A stretch of DNA of 63,874 nucleotides, the filler included, from Sandaracinaceae bacterium (GTDB lineage Bacteria > Myxococcota_A > Polyangia > Polyangiales > JADJQN01), in assembly GCA_947483975.1 (NCBI GenBank). It is 6 parts of 6 records of this genome, joined end to end, with 100 filler letters (N's around TTAATTAATTAA, not from the genome) between each part and the next. Parts side by side here need not be neighbours in the genome. Positions count along the whole stretch, not along the records: positions 44,083 to 54,944 come from CANKOL010000159.1; positions 55,045 to 63,874 come from CANKOL010000223.1; 4 more parts are not named here. One strand, 5' to 3'. The translations under genes and the position numbers were made by a program. Each line of letters opens with the position of its first letter. The stretch's first letter is position 1. The notes under the pieces are model-generated. The model made no database searches and was not told the origin of the DNA. It saw only the letters and a program-made list of their open reading frames with translations. Shown in pieces: positions 50,858 to 61,200 of the stretch.

Positions 50858-51961
50858 ATGCTCCCCGTGATCGCCGCCGCCGAGGCCCCTACTCACCTCG
50901 GGCCCGCGCTGTCGCTGCTCGCCGCGCTCGTCGTCTTCGGCGGGCTCCTCGCCTTCGTCGTCGAGGCGCTCGTGCGCGCCGCGGGTGACGAGCGCCTCGC
51001 GAAGAAGGGCGAGGCCTCGGGCCTCGAGGGCGGCGCCGCGCTCGCCGTCGGTCGCGCGGTCGTGCTCGGCCGGGTGGAGCTCGCCCCCGAGGAGTCGGTC
51101 GCGATGCGCGTCGAGGTCGACCAGCGCGGCAGCGAGAGCGAGTCGTCCGGCAGCTACAGCTTCGCGTGGACGGAGGTCGACCGCCGCGTGACGATGCGGC
51201 CCTTCTATCTGCGGCACGCGTCGGGCGCGCGCGTGCGCGTCGAGCCCGGCGCGTGGACCTACCTCGTCGACGCGATGGACGGGATCGTCGTGGTCGATTC
51301 GGCGCACCGCACGCGCGCGGCGGAGCTCTCGCCGGACGAGCAGGTCTACGCCGTCGGTGTGCTCAGCCGGGGGCACGACCCGGCGCTCGCGCCGGGCGGT
51401 TACCGGAACGCCGCGCACGGCTGGCTGATGCGCGCACGTCCGGGCGAGGACCTGCTCCTCTCGTCCGAGCCGCTGCAGCAGCGCTTTCTGCGCCGCGCGG
51501 GCGCGCACTATCAGGTCGCCGTCGTGGCCGCCGTCCTCGCGGTCGGGGTGTTCGCCCTCTTCGCGCCGTACGTCGCGCGCCTCCTCCTCGGGCGGGACAC
51601 CACCGCCGTCGTGCAAGAGCTCCGCAGCGACAGCGACGACGAAGGCGCGACGACCTACAGCTTGATGGTGCGCGCCGCGCTCGGGCCCGTCGTCGAGGTG
51701 GACGCGCCCTACGACGTGTACGCCGTGGCGCGCGTCGGCGACGACGTGCCCGTGCGCTACGTCGCAGCGTGGGCGTGGGCGACCGCGCTAGGGCACGGGG
51801 CGACGCTCGATGGGTTCACGCTCCTCGCGCTCGCCGCTCTCGCCGTCATGTTCGGTGTTCGCTACGCGGTCCGGCGCAGCGCCGCGAAGTGGTACGAGGC
51901 CGAGCTCGTCGACAAGGGCACAGGCAAGCTCGCCGAGCACCTCGAGTCGACCTCGATGTGA
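50858..51961 (+). CDS. Membrane protein, GIDE-like
   Basis: TM, PFYLRHASGARVRVEP, LSPDEQVYAVG, GGYR, further TM helices. Confidence 0.55.
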   Translation: MLPVIAAAEAPTHLGPALSLLAALVVFGGLLAFVVEALVRAAGDERLAKKGEASGLEGGAALAVGRAVVLGRVELAPEESVAMRVEVDQRGSESESSGSYSFAWTEVDRRVTMRPFYLRHASGARVRVEPGAWTYLVDAMDGIVVVDSAHRTRAAELSPDEQVYAVGVLSRGHDPALAPGGYRNAAHGWLMRARPGEDLLLSSEPLQQRFLRRAGAHYQVAVVAAVLAVGVFALFAPYVARLLLGRDTTAVVQELRSDSDDEGATTYSLMVRAALGPVVEVDAPYDVYAVARVGDDVPVRYVAAWAWATALGHGATLDGFTLLALAALAVMFGVRYAVRRSAAKWYEAELVDKGTGKLAEHLESTSM

Positions 51962-51986
51962 AGAACGCCTGCGTCGGCGCTGTGGC

Positions 51987-53660
51987 TCAGTGGCTCTTCT
52001 GGTCCGCCCGCGTCGAGCCGAAGATCGCGGCGAGCTCCCCGATCGGGTAGGGCTTCTGCAGCCAACCGTCGGGCTGTTCGCTGCGGGTCTCTCGGCGGAG
52101 CCGCGCGAGGTCGTAGCCGCTCGCGACGACGACGAACATCCCGGCGCGTCGCTGCCGCAGCGCGGTCAGGACCTGCCAGCCGTCCATGCCCGGCATACTC
52201 AGGTCGAGCAGCACGCCGCCGATCGTGTCCGCCTTCGCGGCGAAGACCGCGAGCGCCTCGACGCCGCTCTCGACGGCGAGCACCTCGCGGCCTAGCCACT
52301 GCAGCATCCGCTGGCTCGCGCGCAGCACTGCCGGATCATCGTCCACGAGCAGCACCGCGCCGCCCGGCGCGCGGGCGCCGCTCGGCACGCTGCGCACGCG
52401 CACGATCGGGGGCCACGGCGTCGCCTGCCGCTCCGCCTTCGTGCACTCAGGCAGGTATACCCGCACGGTGGTGCCGTGGCCGAGCGCGCTCTCGACGGCG
52501 ATCGCGCCGCCGCACGCGCGCACGATGCCCTGCGCCACGGGGAGCCCGAGCCCCCGCCCGAGGAACTTCGTGGTGAAGAACGGCTCGAACATCCGCTCGC
52601 GCGTCTCACCGTCCATCCCCGGACCATCGTCCGAGACCTCGAGGCAGGCCCACGCGCCGCCGTGCGCCGAGGTCGTCACCTCCGCGTCCGCGGGGAGCGT
52701 GTGCGCGCGCCGCGCGGCGATGCGCACCACGCAGCCGTCGGGTCCGGCCGCCTCCCACGCGTTCGTCACGAGGTTGACGACGACCCCCTGGAGCTCCGAA
52801 GGATCGATCTTGCAGACCGGGAGATCGCCCGCCACCTCGAGCGTGAGGCGCACCTCGGACGGCAGCCCCACGCGCAGCCGCGGGAGCAGCGCCGAGACCT
52901 CGCGCCCGAGGTGACGCGGGCTCCGGTGATACTGCCCCTGCCCGAGGTAGCTCAGCAGGCTCCCGCTGATGTCGCTCGTCTGCTGGATCGCGCCCTCGGC
53001 CTCCGCGAGCAGCTCGTCGACGGCTGGGCTCGCTCCGGCGCGCGCGAGCTCGATGTTCCCCCGGATGATCGCGAGCAGGTTGTTGAGCTGGTGGGCCACC
53101 CCGCCCGCCATCACGCTGAGGCTCTCGCGCTTCTTGGCCAGCATCAGCTGCCGCTCGAGCTCGAGCCGGGCCTTCTCAGCCTCCCGCCGCTCGGTGATGT
53201 CGATCGTGTAGCCCGCGAGCAGCGTCCGCTCGCCGATGATCAGCGGGAACTTGAGCGTCGTGTAGGTGCGCCCGTCGAGCACTTCCTCGAGCTTCAGCTC
53301 TTGCCGGCTCGAGACGACCGCCCAGTCCGCCGCCGTCATCTCCGCCGCGAACGCTGGCGGGAAGAGCTCCTCCATCGTCCTGCCGACCATCTCTGCCGCC
53401 GGGATGCCGGTCGGGCGCACGAGGTTGTCGCTGACGCGAAGCACCCGGCTCTCCGTCGCGGTCACCTCCTTCACGTACGCGTAGATCGGCGAGTGCCGCA
53501 GGAACAACCCGAACAGCTCGCCCTGCCAAGCGGAGGCCTTCAGCCCGGCATCGAGCGCCGCGTCGAGCCCTGGACCGAGCGGCGGTTCGCTCGCTCGAAG
53601 CGCACTCGTATGTTCCGAGTTCTCTGCGCGATTCAACAGCTCCAGCTCAACTGGCGACAT
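51987..53660 (-). CDS. PAS hybrid sensor histidine kinase with receiver
   Basis: PAS (YVK...MVGRT..ELFP...KFPL...DITER); GVAHQLNN; NLVTNA; SDDGPGM; FFTTK..GRGLGL; REC LVDDD, DLSMPGMDG, QKP. Confidence 0.92.
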   Translation of the reverse strand: MSPVELELLNRAENSEHTSALRASEPPLGPGLDAALDAGLKASAWQGELFGLFLRHSPIYAYVKEVTATESRVLRVSDNLVRPTGIPAAEMVGRTMEELFPPAFAAEMTAADWAVVSSRQELKLEEVLDGRTYTTLKFPLIIGERTLLAGYTIDITERREAEKARLELERQLMLAKKRESLSVMAGGVAHQLNNLLAIIRGNIELARAGASPAVDELLAEAEGAIQQTSDISGSLLSYLGQGQYHRSPRHLGREVSALLPRLRVGLPSEVRLTLEVAGDLPVCKIDPSELQGVVVNLVTNAWEAAGPDGCVVRIAARRAHTLPADAEVTTSAHGGAWACLEVSDDGPGMDGETRERMFEPFFTTKFLGRGLGLPVAQGIVRACGGAIAVESALGHGTTVRVYLPECTKAERQATPWPPIVRVRSVPSGARAPGGAVLLVDDDPAVLRASQRMLQWLGREVLAVESGVEALAVFAAKADTIGGVLLDLSMPGMDGWQVLTALRQRRAGMFVVVASGYDLARLRRETRSEQPDGWLQKPYPIGELAAIFGSTRADQKSH

Positions 53661-53810
53661 TCGCGAACCTCCCGCTAATCCGTGAGACGCACGTCGCCAC
53701 CGTATCACTCGGGAGTCAGTCTTCCCTTCCCAATCGATGACAAGTCTGCCTTCGGGTAACGGCAGCAAACTTCAACGACGGTCCCCTTCGCGGTGACGCG
53801 CACCGCGCAC

Positions 53811-54944
53811 TCAACCGGCGCTCGGCTGAGCCTGCGGCGACCCAAAGAGCGCCGCGAGGTCCGCGATCGGGAACGGCTTCTGGAGCCAGCCATCGGGCTG
53901 ATCGTCTCGGAACTCGCGGCGGAGCGCCGTCAGATCGTAGCCGCTCGCCACGACGACGAATAGCTCCGGGCGCTGCCTTCGCAGTGCGGTGAGCACCTGC
54001 CACCCGTCCATGCCCGGCATGCTGAGGTCGAGCAGCACGCTGCCGATGGCCGCGCCCTTCTCGGCGAAGAGCGCGACCGCCGCGCCGCCGCTGGCCACCG
54101 CGAGCACCTCGTGCCCCAGGCGCTGCAGCATCCGCCGGTTCGCGCGCATCACCGCGGGGTCGTCATCGACCACGAGCACGGCGCCGCTCAGCGCCCGCAC
54201 CCCCTCGGGCGGATAGGGCGTCGGTGCGGTCGACGGCCACGGCGCCGCTGCCTGCTCCGCGGTCGTGCACGCGGGCAGATAGACCCTGACCGTGGTGCCG
54301 TGGCCCACGGCGCTCTCCACCGCGAACGCGCCGCCGCTCGCGCGCACGATGCCCTGCGCGGCCGGGAGGCTGAGCCCGCGGCCGGTCAGCTTCGTCGTGA
54401 AGAATGGCTCGAACATCCGCTCGCGCATCTCCCCGTCCATCCCGGCGCCGTCGTCCGAGACCTCCAGGCACGCCCACCCGGCCTCGCTGCGCGCCGTGTT
54501 CGGTTCCGCGTCGGCCGGGAGCGTCTCTACGCGCCTCGCCGTGATGCGCACCGTGCCACCCTTCGCGGCGGTCGCCTCCCAGCCGTTGGTCGCGAGGATC
54601 ACCACCAGCCTCTGCAGGTCGGAGGCGTCCATCGTGCAAGCGGGGACGTTGCCTCCGACCTCGACCGTCAGGCGCACGTTCTCGGGCGCTGCCGCGCGCA
54701 GATGGGAGAGCATCGCCGCGAGCTGGCGCCCGAGGTGCCGCGGCCGCCGCTCGTAGGGAGGGCGCCCGACGTACGTGAGCAGGCTGCCGCCGATGCTCGT
54801 CGCTTGCCGAATCGCGTCGTCGGCCTCCGCGAGCAGCGCTTCCACCGTCGGGCTCGCCTCCGCCCGCGCGAGCTCGAGGTTCCCTTTGACCGTCGCGAGC
54901 AGGTTGTTCAGCTGGTGCGCGACCCCGCTCGCCATCAAGCCGAG
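53811..54944 (-). CDS. Hybrid histidine kinase, close paralog of downstream gene (5' truncated)
   Basis: GVAHQLNN, SDDGAGM, FFTTK, REC DLSMPGMDGWQVLTALR shared with neighbour. Confidence 0.9.
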   Translation of the reverse strand, partial: LGLMASGVAHQLNNLLATVKGNLELARAEASPTVEALLAEADDAIRQATSIGGSLLTYVGRPPYERRPRHLGRQLAAMLSHLRAAAPENVRLTVEVGGNVPACTMDASDLQRLVVILATNGWEATAAKGGTVRITARRVETLPADAEPNTARSEAGWACLEVSDDGAGMDGEMRERMFEPFFTTKLTGRGLSLPAAQGIVRASGGAFAVESAVGHGTTVRVYLPACTTAEQAAAPWPSTAPTPYPPEGVRALSGAVLVVDDDPAVMRANRRMLQRLGHEVLAVASGGAAVALFAEKGAAIGSVLLDLSMPGMDGWQVLTALRRQRPELFVVVASGYDLTALRREFRDDQPDGWLQKPFPIADLAALFGSPQAQPSAG

Positions 54945-55044
54945 NNNNNNNNNNNNNNNNNNNNNNNNNNNNNNNNNNNNNNNNNNNNTTAATTAATTAA
55001 NNNNNNNNNNNNNNNNNNNNNNNNNNNNNNNNNNNNNNNNNNNN
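54945..55044. other. Artificial contig linker
   Basis: N44-TTAATTAATTAA-N44. Confidence 0.98.
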
Positions 55045-55207
55045 CCGCGTCGACCGGCGCCTCCGCGACGCCGGCATCGGCGGCCGCCCGCCCTGCGCGC
55101 CCACGCCGCACCCCGGCGTCTTGCGCCGACGCCGTGGCGACGACCGACAGACCCGCGACTCCGAGGACCAATCCGAACCACGTTCCAGCTCGCACGAGGC
55201 GATTCAT
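55045..55207 (-). CDS. Exported protein N-terminus (truncated)
   Basis: MNRLVRAGTWFGLVLGVAGLSVVATASA-QDAG; GGAGGG RBS. Confidence 0.6.
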
Positions 55208-55256
55208 TCGTCCCTCCACCGCTAAGCCCTGCCGGGCCACTCGAATACTCGATACG

Positions 55257-55287
55257 AAAAGAGGAGGCGCGTCATCCGCGTCTCCTC
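55257..55287 (-). terminator. Intrinsic terminator of the barrel-lipase-ceramidase operon
   Basis: Minus strand GAGGAGACGCG-GATGA-CGCGCCTCCTC-TTTT, about 45 nt after stop 55333. Confidence 0.7.
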
Positions 55288-55332
55288 TCTCGTGTTCAGC
55301 TCATTGCCGGGTTGTTCACTCGGCGCGGCCCG

Positions 55333-56364
55333 TCACTCCGTGCAGCCGGTGATGTCCGAGCGCGTCGGGCGGAGGTTGACGATGGTCACGCCGTTCGGGA
55401 AGACGCGGATGCGCTCGCAGCCCCACATCGTCGGCACGGGCGCGGCGGCGGTGCCGGCGTTGTACCAAGCCTCGACGCGGATCGGCTGATCGACCGGGAT
55501 GTTCGCGGCGGCGTAGAGGCCGTCGACGTTCGAGTAGGGCTGGTCGCCCGCGGGGAAGCTGTCGCCGTCGAAGTAGCGGTAGCCGGGGCGCGTGCGTCCG
55601 CCGTCGTCGGCGATGAAGGTGTCGCCGGTCGCGGTGGTCTCGTCCGCGTCCTCCCGGAACATACGGACGACGAGGCCGCGCACGGGCTCATCGGCGCAGT
55701 CGTAGAGCGTGCCGGCGACGATCGCCGTGCCCGCCTGGCGGGTGAGGCCGAGGACGGTCGGGATGATGTTCAGCGTGGACTGCGCGACGCTGTTGCCGTT
55801 GACGGTCGCCTCGGCGACCTCGTTGTACTGCGCCGTGTCGACGGGCGTCGACGCGGGCGTCGGGCCGGTGCGGCCCTTGATGAAGTACGCGTACCAGGAG
55901 GCGTCGGTGTCCATGAACGCCGAGACGAGCCCGTCGCTGCCGGAGGTCGCCGACTGACACGTCGCCGCAGGGCACTCGAAGGTGCCGCCGACCGCGACGG
56001 GGAGCTGGTTGTCGCGGTAGAACTGCACGAGGACGTTGTCGACGGGGTCCTTCGACTCGAAGTCCTTCACCGTCATGACGACGCCGAGGTCCGTGCCGGT
56101 CTCCGACGGCCGCACGCTCGTCGCCGTGCAGGCGCGGTCAGCCGCCGTGCCGGTGCCCGGGGTCGTGCCCACGGCCTGCATGATGTCCGGCGTCGGCAGC
56201 TCGGTGCGCGCGTCGGTGTCCGGGTCGAGATAGAAGATGGTGTCTCGAACGCCGGTGACGCTGGGTCCGGCGTCGGGCGACGGAGTCACGTCGTCATCAC
56301 CGCAGCCGACGAGCAGCGCTCCACCGAGGGCACCTACGATTGCGAGCTTCATCCAGGTCTTCAT
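55333..56364 (-). CDS. Beta-rich lipoprotein (carboxypeptidase-regulatory/prealbumin-like)
   Basis: Lipobox LVGC-GDDD; VKDFESKDPV..V.VQFY; GTLYDC; DGLYAAAN; GAGGA RBS. Confidence 0.75.
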   Translation of the reverse strand: MKTWMKLAIVGALGGALLVGCGDDDVTPSPDAGPSVTGVRDTIFYLDPDTDARTELPTPDIMQAVGTTPGTGTAADRACTATSVRPSETGTDLGVVMTVKDFESKDPVDNVLVQFYRDNQLPVAVGGTFECPAATCQSATSGSDGLVSAFMDTDASWYAYFIKGRTGPTPASTPVDTAQYNEVAEATVNGNSVAQSTLNIIPTVLGLTRQAGTAIVAGTLYDCADEPVRGLVVRMFREDADETTATGDTFIADDGGRTRPGYRYFDGDSFPAGDQPYSNVDGLYAAANIPVDQPIRVEAWYNAGTAAAPVPTMWGCERIRVFPNGVTIVNLRPTRSDITGCTE

Positions 56365-56406
56365 GTGCAGTCCTCTTCTTGGCGCGCGTGCGCCGCTCTC
56401 GTGAAA

Positions 56407-58206
56407 TCAGGGGGCGGCGAGCAGCGCCTTGACGTTCTCTTCGATGGCGGGCCAGCCGCTCGGCCCGATCGAGTTGGTTTCTTCGTAGTGGTCTCCGTCC
56501 GCTTCCGCGAAATACGGGGACAACATGGCAAGCTTGTAATCGAAGGACGGAATCAGATAGCCGAGGAAATCGTTGGTGAGGCCCAGCGCGAAGACGTATT
56601 CCACCCCGGGGCGGCTCGCGAGGGCAACTTCCCGAAGATACGGGCCTGCCGGAGCAGCGGTCAGATCGGGCGGATTAGAATTGCTCGGGTCGATGATGTC
56701 AACCCCTTCGGGCGTGTAGGGGTAGACGCCCGCGCCGTCCGGGTGATAGCCGCCGACGAAGAGACACGGGTCGAGCTCGCCGGGGAAGGTCAGCAGCCGC
56801 GAGCGCCCGATGTCGAGCACGGCGACCTCCGTCAGCACCTGCGGCGTGTTGCGCCGCGAGACGACGTGCTCGGGGTCCCAGTTGAAGAGCTGCCGGTCGA
56901 AGATGCCCTGGTTGAAGGCGATGACGAAGGCGTCGTTCTCGACGTCGAGATAGAAGTAGCGGTTCTTGAAGGCGAGATCGGCCGTCTCGTCGATCACGCT
57001 GCTGCCGTCGGGGCCGAGCGCGTGGAGCACGCCCCACGCGAGCTGCGAGCCCACCGTCTGCGCGATCTCGATCGTGTCCTCGGGGAGCAGCGGGCGCGCG
57101 GCGGGGTCGGCGGGAGTGCCGGCGTCGGGGTCGGCGGGCGTCCCCCAGCTGACCGAGTTGATCTGGTTCGGGCCGATCTGCGAGCCGAGCGGGCCCTGAA
57201 AGAACGTCGTCTGCCCGCCGACGCCCGGCAGGTCGCGCGAGTCGTCGGCGAAGTCGACGCCGTGCGAGACGCCCTCGCGGAGCGCGTGCGCGTAGTCGCT
57301 CGAGAGGAGGCGATTGCGCGCGCCGGAGTACTCGGGGTGCGCCGCCCAGTTGACGAGCGTCGCGATGGTGTCGGTGGTCGAGCCGGCGCGCAGAAAGCGC
57401 ATGATGCGGACCTCGTCGTCGACGATGATCGGGTCGCGGTTGTCGCCCTCGTAGCGCGGCATCCCGCCCTCCATGTCGCGCGTGCGGAACGTCGCGTACT
57501 GGACGTTCGCCGGCTCGAGACCCGCGACGGCGGCGCGGAGCGCCACGGCCGACTGCTCGCGAATACGCTGCATGAACGCGGGGTCGAGCCCGGTGGAGCC
57601 CGTCTCGACGCCCCAGAGCCCCGCGGTGTCGCGCGCCTCGTGCGAGTGCGTCGCGCTGATCACGACGTAGTCGATGTCCGCGTCCGCGACGAGCGCGCGC
57701 GTCAGGTCCATCTCGCCCTTGAAGTAGCCGACGCAGTCGATCGACACGAGCGCGAGCGTGAGGTCGTTCTGTCGGAGCGCGATGACGCTCGTGTAGAGCG
57801 GGTCATGCACGCCGATGGCGCCGCGCCCGTTGCCGAAGCCCGCCATCCACACACCGTCGAAGTGCCCGTTGCCGTTCGTGTCGCGGAACGCCTCGCCGAC
57901 GTCGTACTCGCCGTTGCCGTTCGCGTCGTCGGTGACGATCTCGGTGCTGTCGTCGATGACGGGCGTGATCTCGGCGCGCGCCGTGCCGACGTAGAGCACG
58001 TCGTCGCCGACGCCCGTGCAGCTGGGATCACCCGGGCAATGCAGCGGCTCGGGCAGCGGCGTGGGCGGGATGGTCGCGTCGACGCCCGCGTCGGTGCCCG
58101 CGTCGCTGGGCGGAGGCGTGACGTCGTCGTCCCCGCACGCCGACAGCAGCCCCGCGAGCGACGCGGCGAGCAGGAGGGCGACGCCCTTCTTGGACAGGCA
58201 GCTCAT
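56407..58206 (-). CDS. Neutral/alkaline ceramidase-like lipoprotein
   Basis: Lipobox LSAC-GDDD; WMAGFG, GVHDPL, SATHSH, NWAAHPE, TFPGE, HYEETNS; DxNxNG Ca loops; ATGA overlap. Confidence 0.8.
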   Translation of the reverse strand: MSCLSKKGVALLLAASLAGLLSACGDDDVTPPPSDAGTDAGVDATIPPTPLPEPLHCPGDPSCTGVGDDVLYVGTARAEITPVIDDSTEIVTDDANGNGEYDVGEAFRDTNGNGHFDGVWMAGFGNGRGAIGVHDPLYTSVIALRQNDLTLALVSIDCVGYFKGEMDLTRALVADADIDYVVISATHSHEARDTAGLWGVETGSTGLDPAFMQRIREQSAVALRAAVAGLEPANVQYATFRTRDMEGGMPRYEGDNRDPIIVDDEVRIMRFLRAGSTTDTIATLVNWAAHPEYSGARNRLLSSDYAHALREGVSHGVDFADDSRDLPGVGGQTTFFQGPLGSQIGPNQINSVSWGTPADPDAGTPADPAARPLLPEDTIEIAQTVGSQLAWGVLHALGPDGSSVIDETADLAFKNRYFYLDVENDAFVIAFNQGIFDRQLFNWDPEHVVSRRNTPQVLTEVAVLDIGRSRLLTFPGELDPCLFVGGYHPDGAGVYPYTPEGVDIIDPSNSNPPDLTAAPAGPYLREVALASRPGVEYVFALGLTNDFLGYLIPSFDYKLAMLSPYFAEADGDHYEETNSIGPSGWPAIEENVKALLAAP

Positions 58207-61200
58207 CGGTCGAACGCGCATGACGAAGTCTCCAGGCAGAGATGGGTGGCGGGCTGCGTGTGATAGAGCAGCTCGCTGCCCCCGGAGCGAAAGTACCATC
58301 CGAGGAGGTTGGCGAGATACTCCCCCTCGTCCCACGTCTTGCTGGGCGCGACGGGGTCGAAGCCGTGCTCGCCGCCCGGCTCGACCATGAACGTGATGAC
58401 GCCGGACATCCCCGTGCTCGTGCCCGGCGCCGTCCAGACGTCATCCGTCGGGGAGGTGACGGCGCGGCTCTCGCGCACCCAGCGGAGCGGCGGCGAGAGG
58501 CGCGGCGGCGAGGTGCCAGGCTCGCCCACGGGCGGCGGGTTGCCGTTGCGGTCGATGTAGCGCTGCAGGCCTTCGCTGAGATCGTCGGGGTCGAAGAGCC
58601 AGTCTGCGAAGCCCGGGATCGGGTGCCGCTCGAGGCGCGCGATCCCCTCGCTCACGTAGTTGCTGATGAAGACGTCGTTGGGCGTCGGCACGCCGTAGCG
58701 CGCCTCGAAGCTGCGCGGCGCGCGGTAGTCGGCGTACTCGTCGGGCGCGTCGGACGGCATGAACGGGAGCACGCCCGCGGCGCGCGCGTAGACGAGGCCG
58801 CTGTTCACGGGGACGGTGTTGTCGCCGAGGCTCTCCATCACGAGCACGCTGCGCGGACCGCGCCCGGGGCGCTGCGGATCCGGGTGCAGGAAGATGCGCG
58901 GCGCCCAGTTCACCGGGTCGGCGGGCTCGATCGCGATCTGCGCGAGCGACATGAAGCGCCGAAGCTGCGCGCTCTGCCGCGGCAGGCCGTAGCCCTCGGT
59001 GACGGCGACGAGCGGGTCGTCGAGCGCGTACTTCGTCGCTTGGTAGTGACCGCAGCGCTCGCAGAGTCCGGGGGACGAGCCGTACTCGCCGGCGGCGCTC
59101 GTGAAGCGATCCTGCACGTGCACGAGCGCGTGCGCGGAGGAGCCCTCGCGGAACGTGCACGTCGCGTAGTCAATGTCGAACGCGCCGCCGCGATAGACCT
59201 CGATTTGCAAGGGATCGCCGGTGTCCGCGGGCACGCCGATGCGGAACCGCCCGTCGGCGCCCGCGCCGGCGCAGCGCGTCTCGTGGTTGCCGAAGTTGCG
59301 CAGCACGACCGCGTCGCCGTCTTGCAGCGAGTCCGCGTCGACGCAGCCGATCTCGACGTTGACGCGGTCGTTCAGATCGACGACGACCTCGCGCAGGCTG
59401 CGCTGCCCGCTCGCGCACGCGGTCTCGGCGCGATCGGGCGAGTCGCCGATCGGCACCGCGGTCAAGAGCGGGCCCATCAAGCGCAGCACGACGGCTTCCT
59501 TCACCTCGGACTCGGTCGTGCGCAGCCCGACGTCGAGCAAGCCGCCCGCGCCCGCGCTCGGCGCGGCGACCGTCACGTACGGCTCGACGCCCGCGACGGC
59601 GCCGGAGACGACGGCGCCGAGGGACTGCCCCCAGCTGAAGTAGTCGACGTCCGGACCGCCGATGTCGGGCGTGCCGTCCGCGTCGAAGTCGCCCGCGAGG
59701 TCGATCGTGCCGTCGCGGTCGAAGTCCCCGTCGAACTCGATCGGATCGAAGCGCGGGCGGTTGTGCGCGAGGTGCCCCGGGACCGCGCGGCGCGTGCCGT
59801 CGAGGGCGCGGAGCACGCGGATCGCCTGCACCTGATCGACGACGCTCTGCCGGATCACGTCGCGCGTGTGAAAGACGTAGGAGGTCCAGAAGTCGCCGCC
59901 CGAGTCGGGCTGCCCGTCGAAGTTCTGATCGCGCGCGCGGTCGAGGAGCGCCGCGCTGCCGAGCCCCTCGATGCAGAACGCGCCGAAGAGCGCGCGCATC
60001 AGGCGGTCCTGCCCCGGGTCGAGCACGAGGCCATGCCCCTGCGCGACGATGCCGGCCGACGCGACGCCGTGGCTCGCGAGCAGCCCGCCGAAGCCGAGCG
60101 ACTCGAGGTGACTCGAGGTGTAGCCGTGCCCATAGAGCGCGACCGGGAACGGCTGGCGGTGGGCCGCCGTCTCCTTCGGGATCGTGATGATCAGCGGCAC
60201 GATGTCCGAGCCGATGCGCCCCTCGCCCGTCGTCGTGTTCACGTCGAAGAGCTGGCTCGTGTTCTGGACGCCCGGGTCTCCGAGGAAATACGGAACTCTG
60301 AAGAAGACCACGACGATGTGGTCGATCGCGTCGAACGTGGAGAGGAGCTTCGTCGTCGACTCGGGGCTGAGCCCGAAGGCCATCGGCGCGAGCTGCTCGG
60401 CGACGTTCTTCAGCGCCTCGACGGGCGCGATGTACGGACGATTGAGCTGGATCGGGGCCATCTCCGTGCAGGAGTCGCCGTCCGGGTTGATGGCGCGCGA
60501 CACGATCAGATCGGGCGGGAATTGCGTCGCGAGGCGCGCGAGCGGGCCCGTGCCGTAGAGCCCGTCGCGGATCGTCGTGAGGTCGTGCGTCACCGACTGC
60601 GTCGTGAACGTCCACGCGAAGGAGACGCCGCCCCAGCCGCGCGTCGCGAGGTCGCCGTAGAGGTTCGGCTTGGCGGCGAAGAGCGCGGGGAGCTTCTCGA
60701 GCGAGGCGCGCTGCGAGACGTGGTGCACGTACGGGAACGGCGAGCGCACCGGCTGATGATCGGTGCCGACGAGGCGATCGGTGAGCACGACGGCGTACTC
60801 GGTCTCCTCGTCGAGCGGCACGACCGGCCGAAGGATCAGCGTGTTCGTCTCGCGCTCGTAGAAGAGCATGAGGTTGTCGTAGGTGTCGGTCGGGTTCGAC
60901 GGATCGAGGCGCCCGCTCAGCGTGTTCGGGTGATCGAGCACGCCGTCGAAGTCGGTGTCCTCGCCGCGGTCGAGGATGCCGTTGGCGTTCGTGTCCTCTT
61001 CGACCGTCTCGAAGAAGAGGTTGGACTCGCTCCCGCGCGGGTCGTTCTCGGCGTAGTTGTCGGGCCGCTGCAGGTTGAAGTTGAAGTTGCCCGCGCCGAC
61101 GTCGAGCGGCACCGGCACGCCGGTGCGCAGGTTGACGACGTAGACCGCGTGCTGCCCGAAGTTGGCGAAGGTGCCCGGGCCTTGCGCGCGCAGGAGCTCG

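Noticed and set aside
53700..53810. c-di-GMP-I riboswitch between the kinases
   Set aside because: Lower GC and a small CTGCC/GGCAG stem, but the GGCAAAC...GAAA...GGGACGCAAAGC core cannot be aligned; cmscan against Rfam would settle it.
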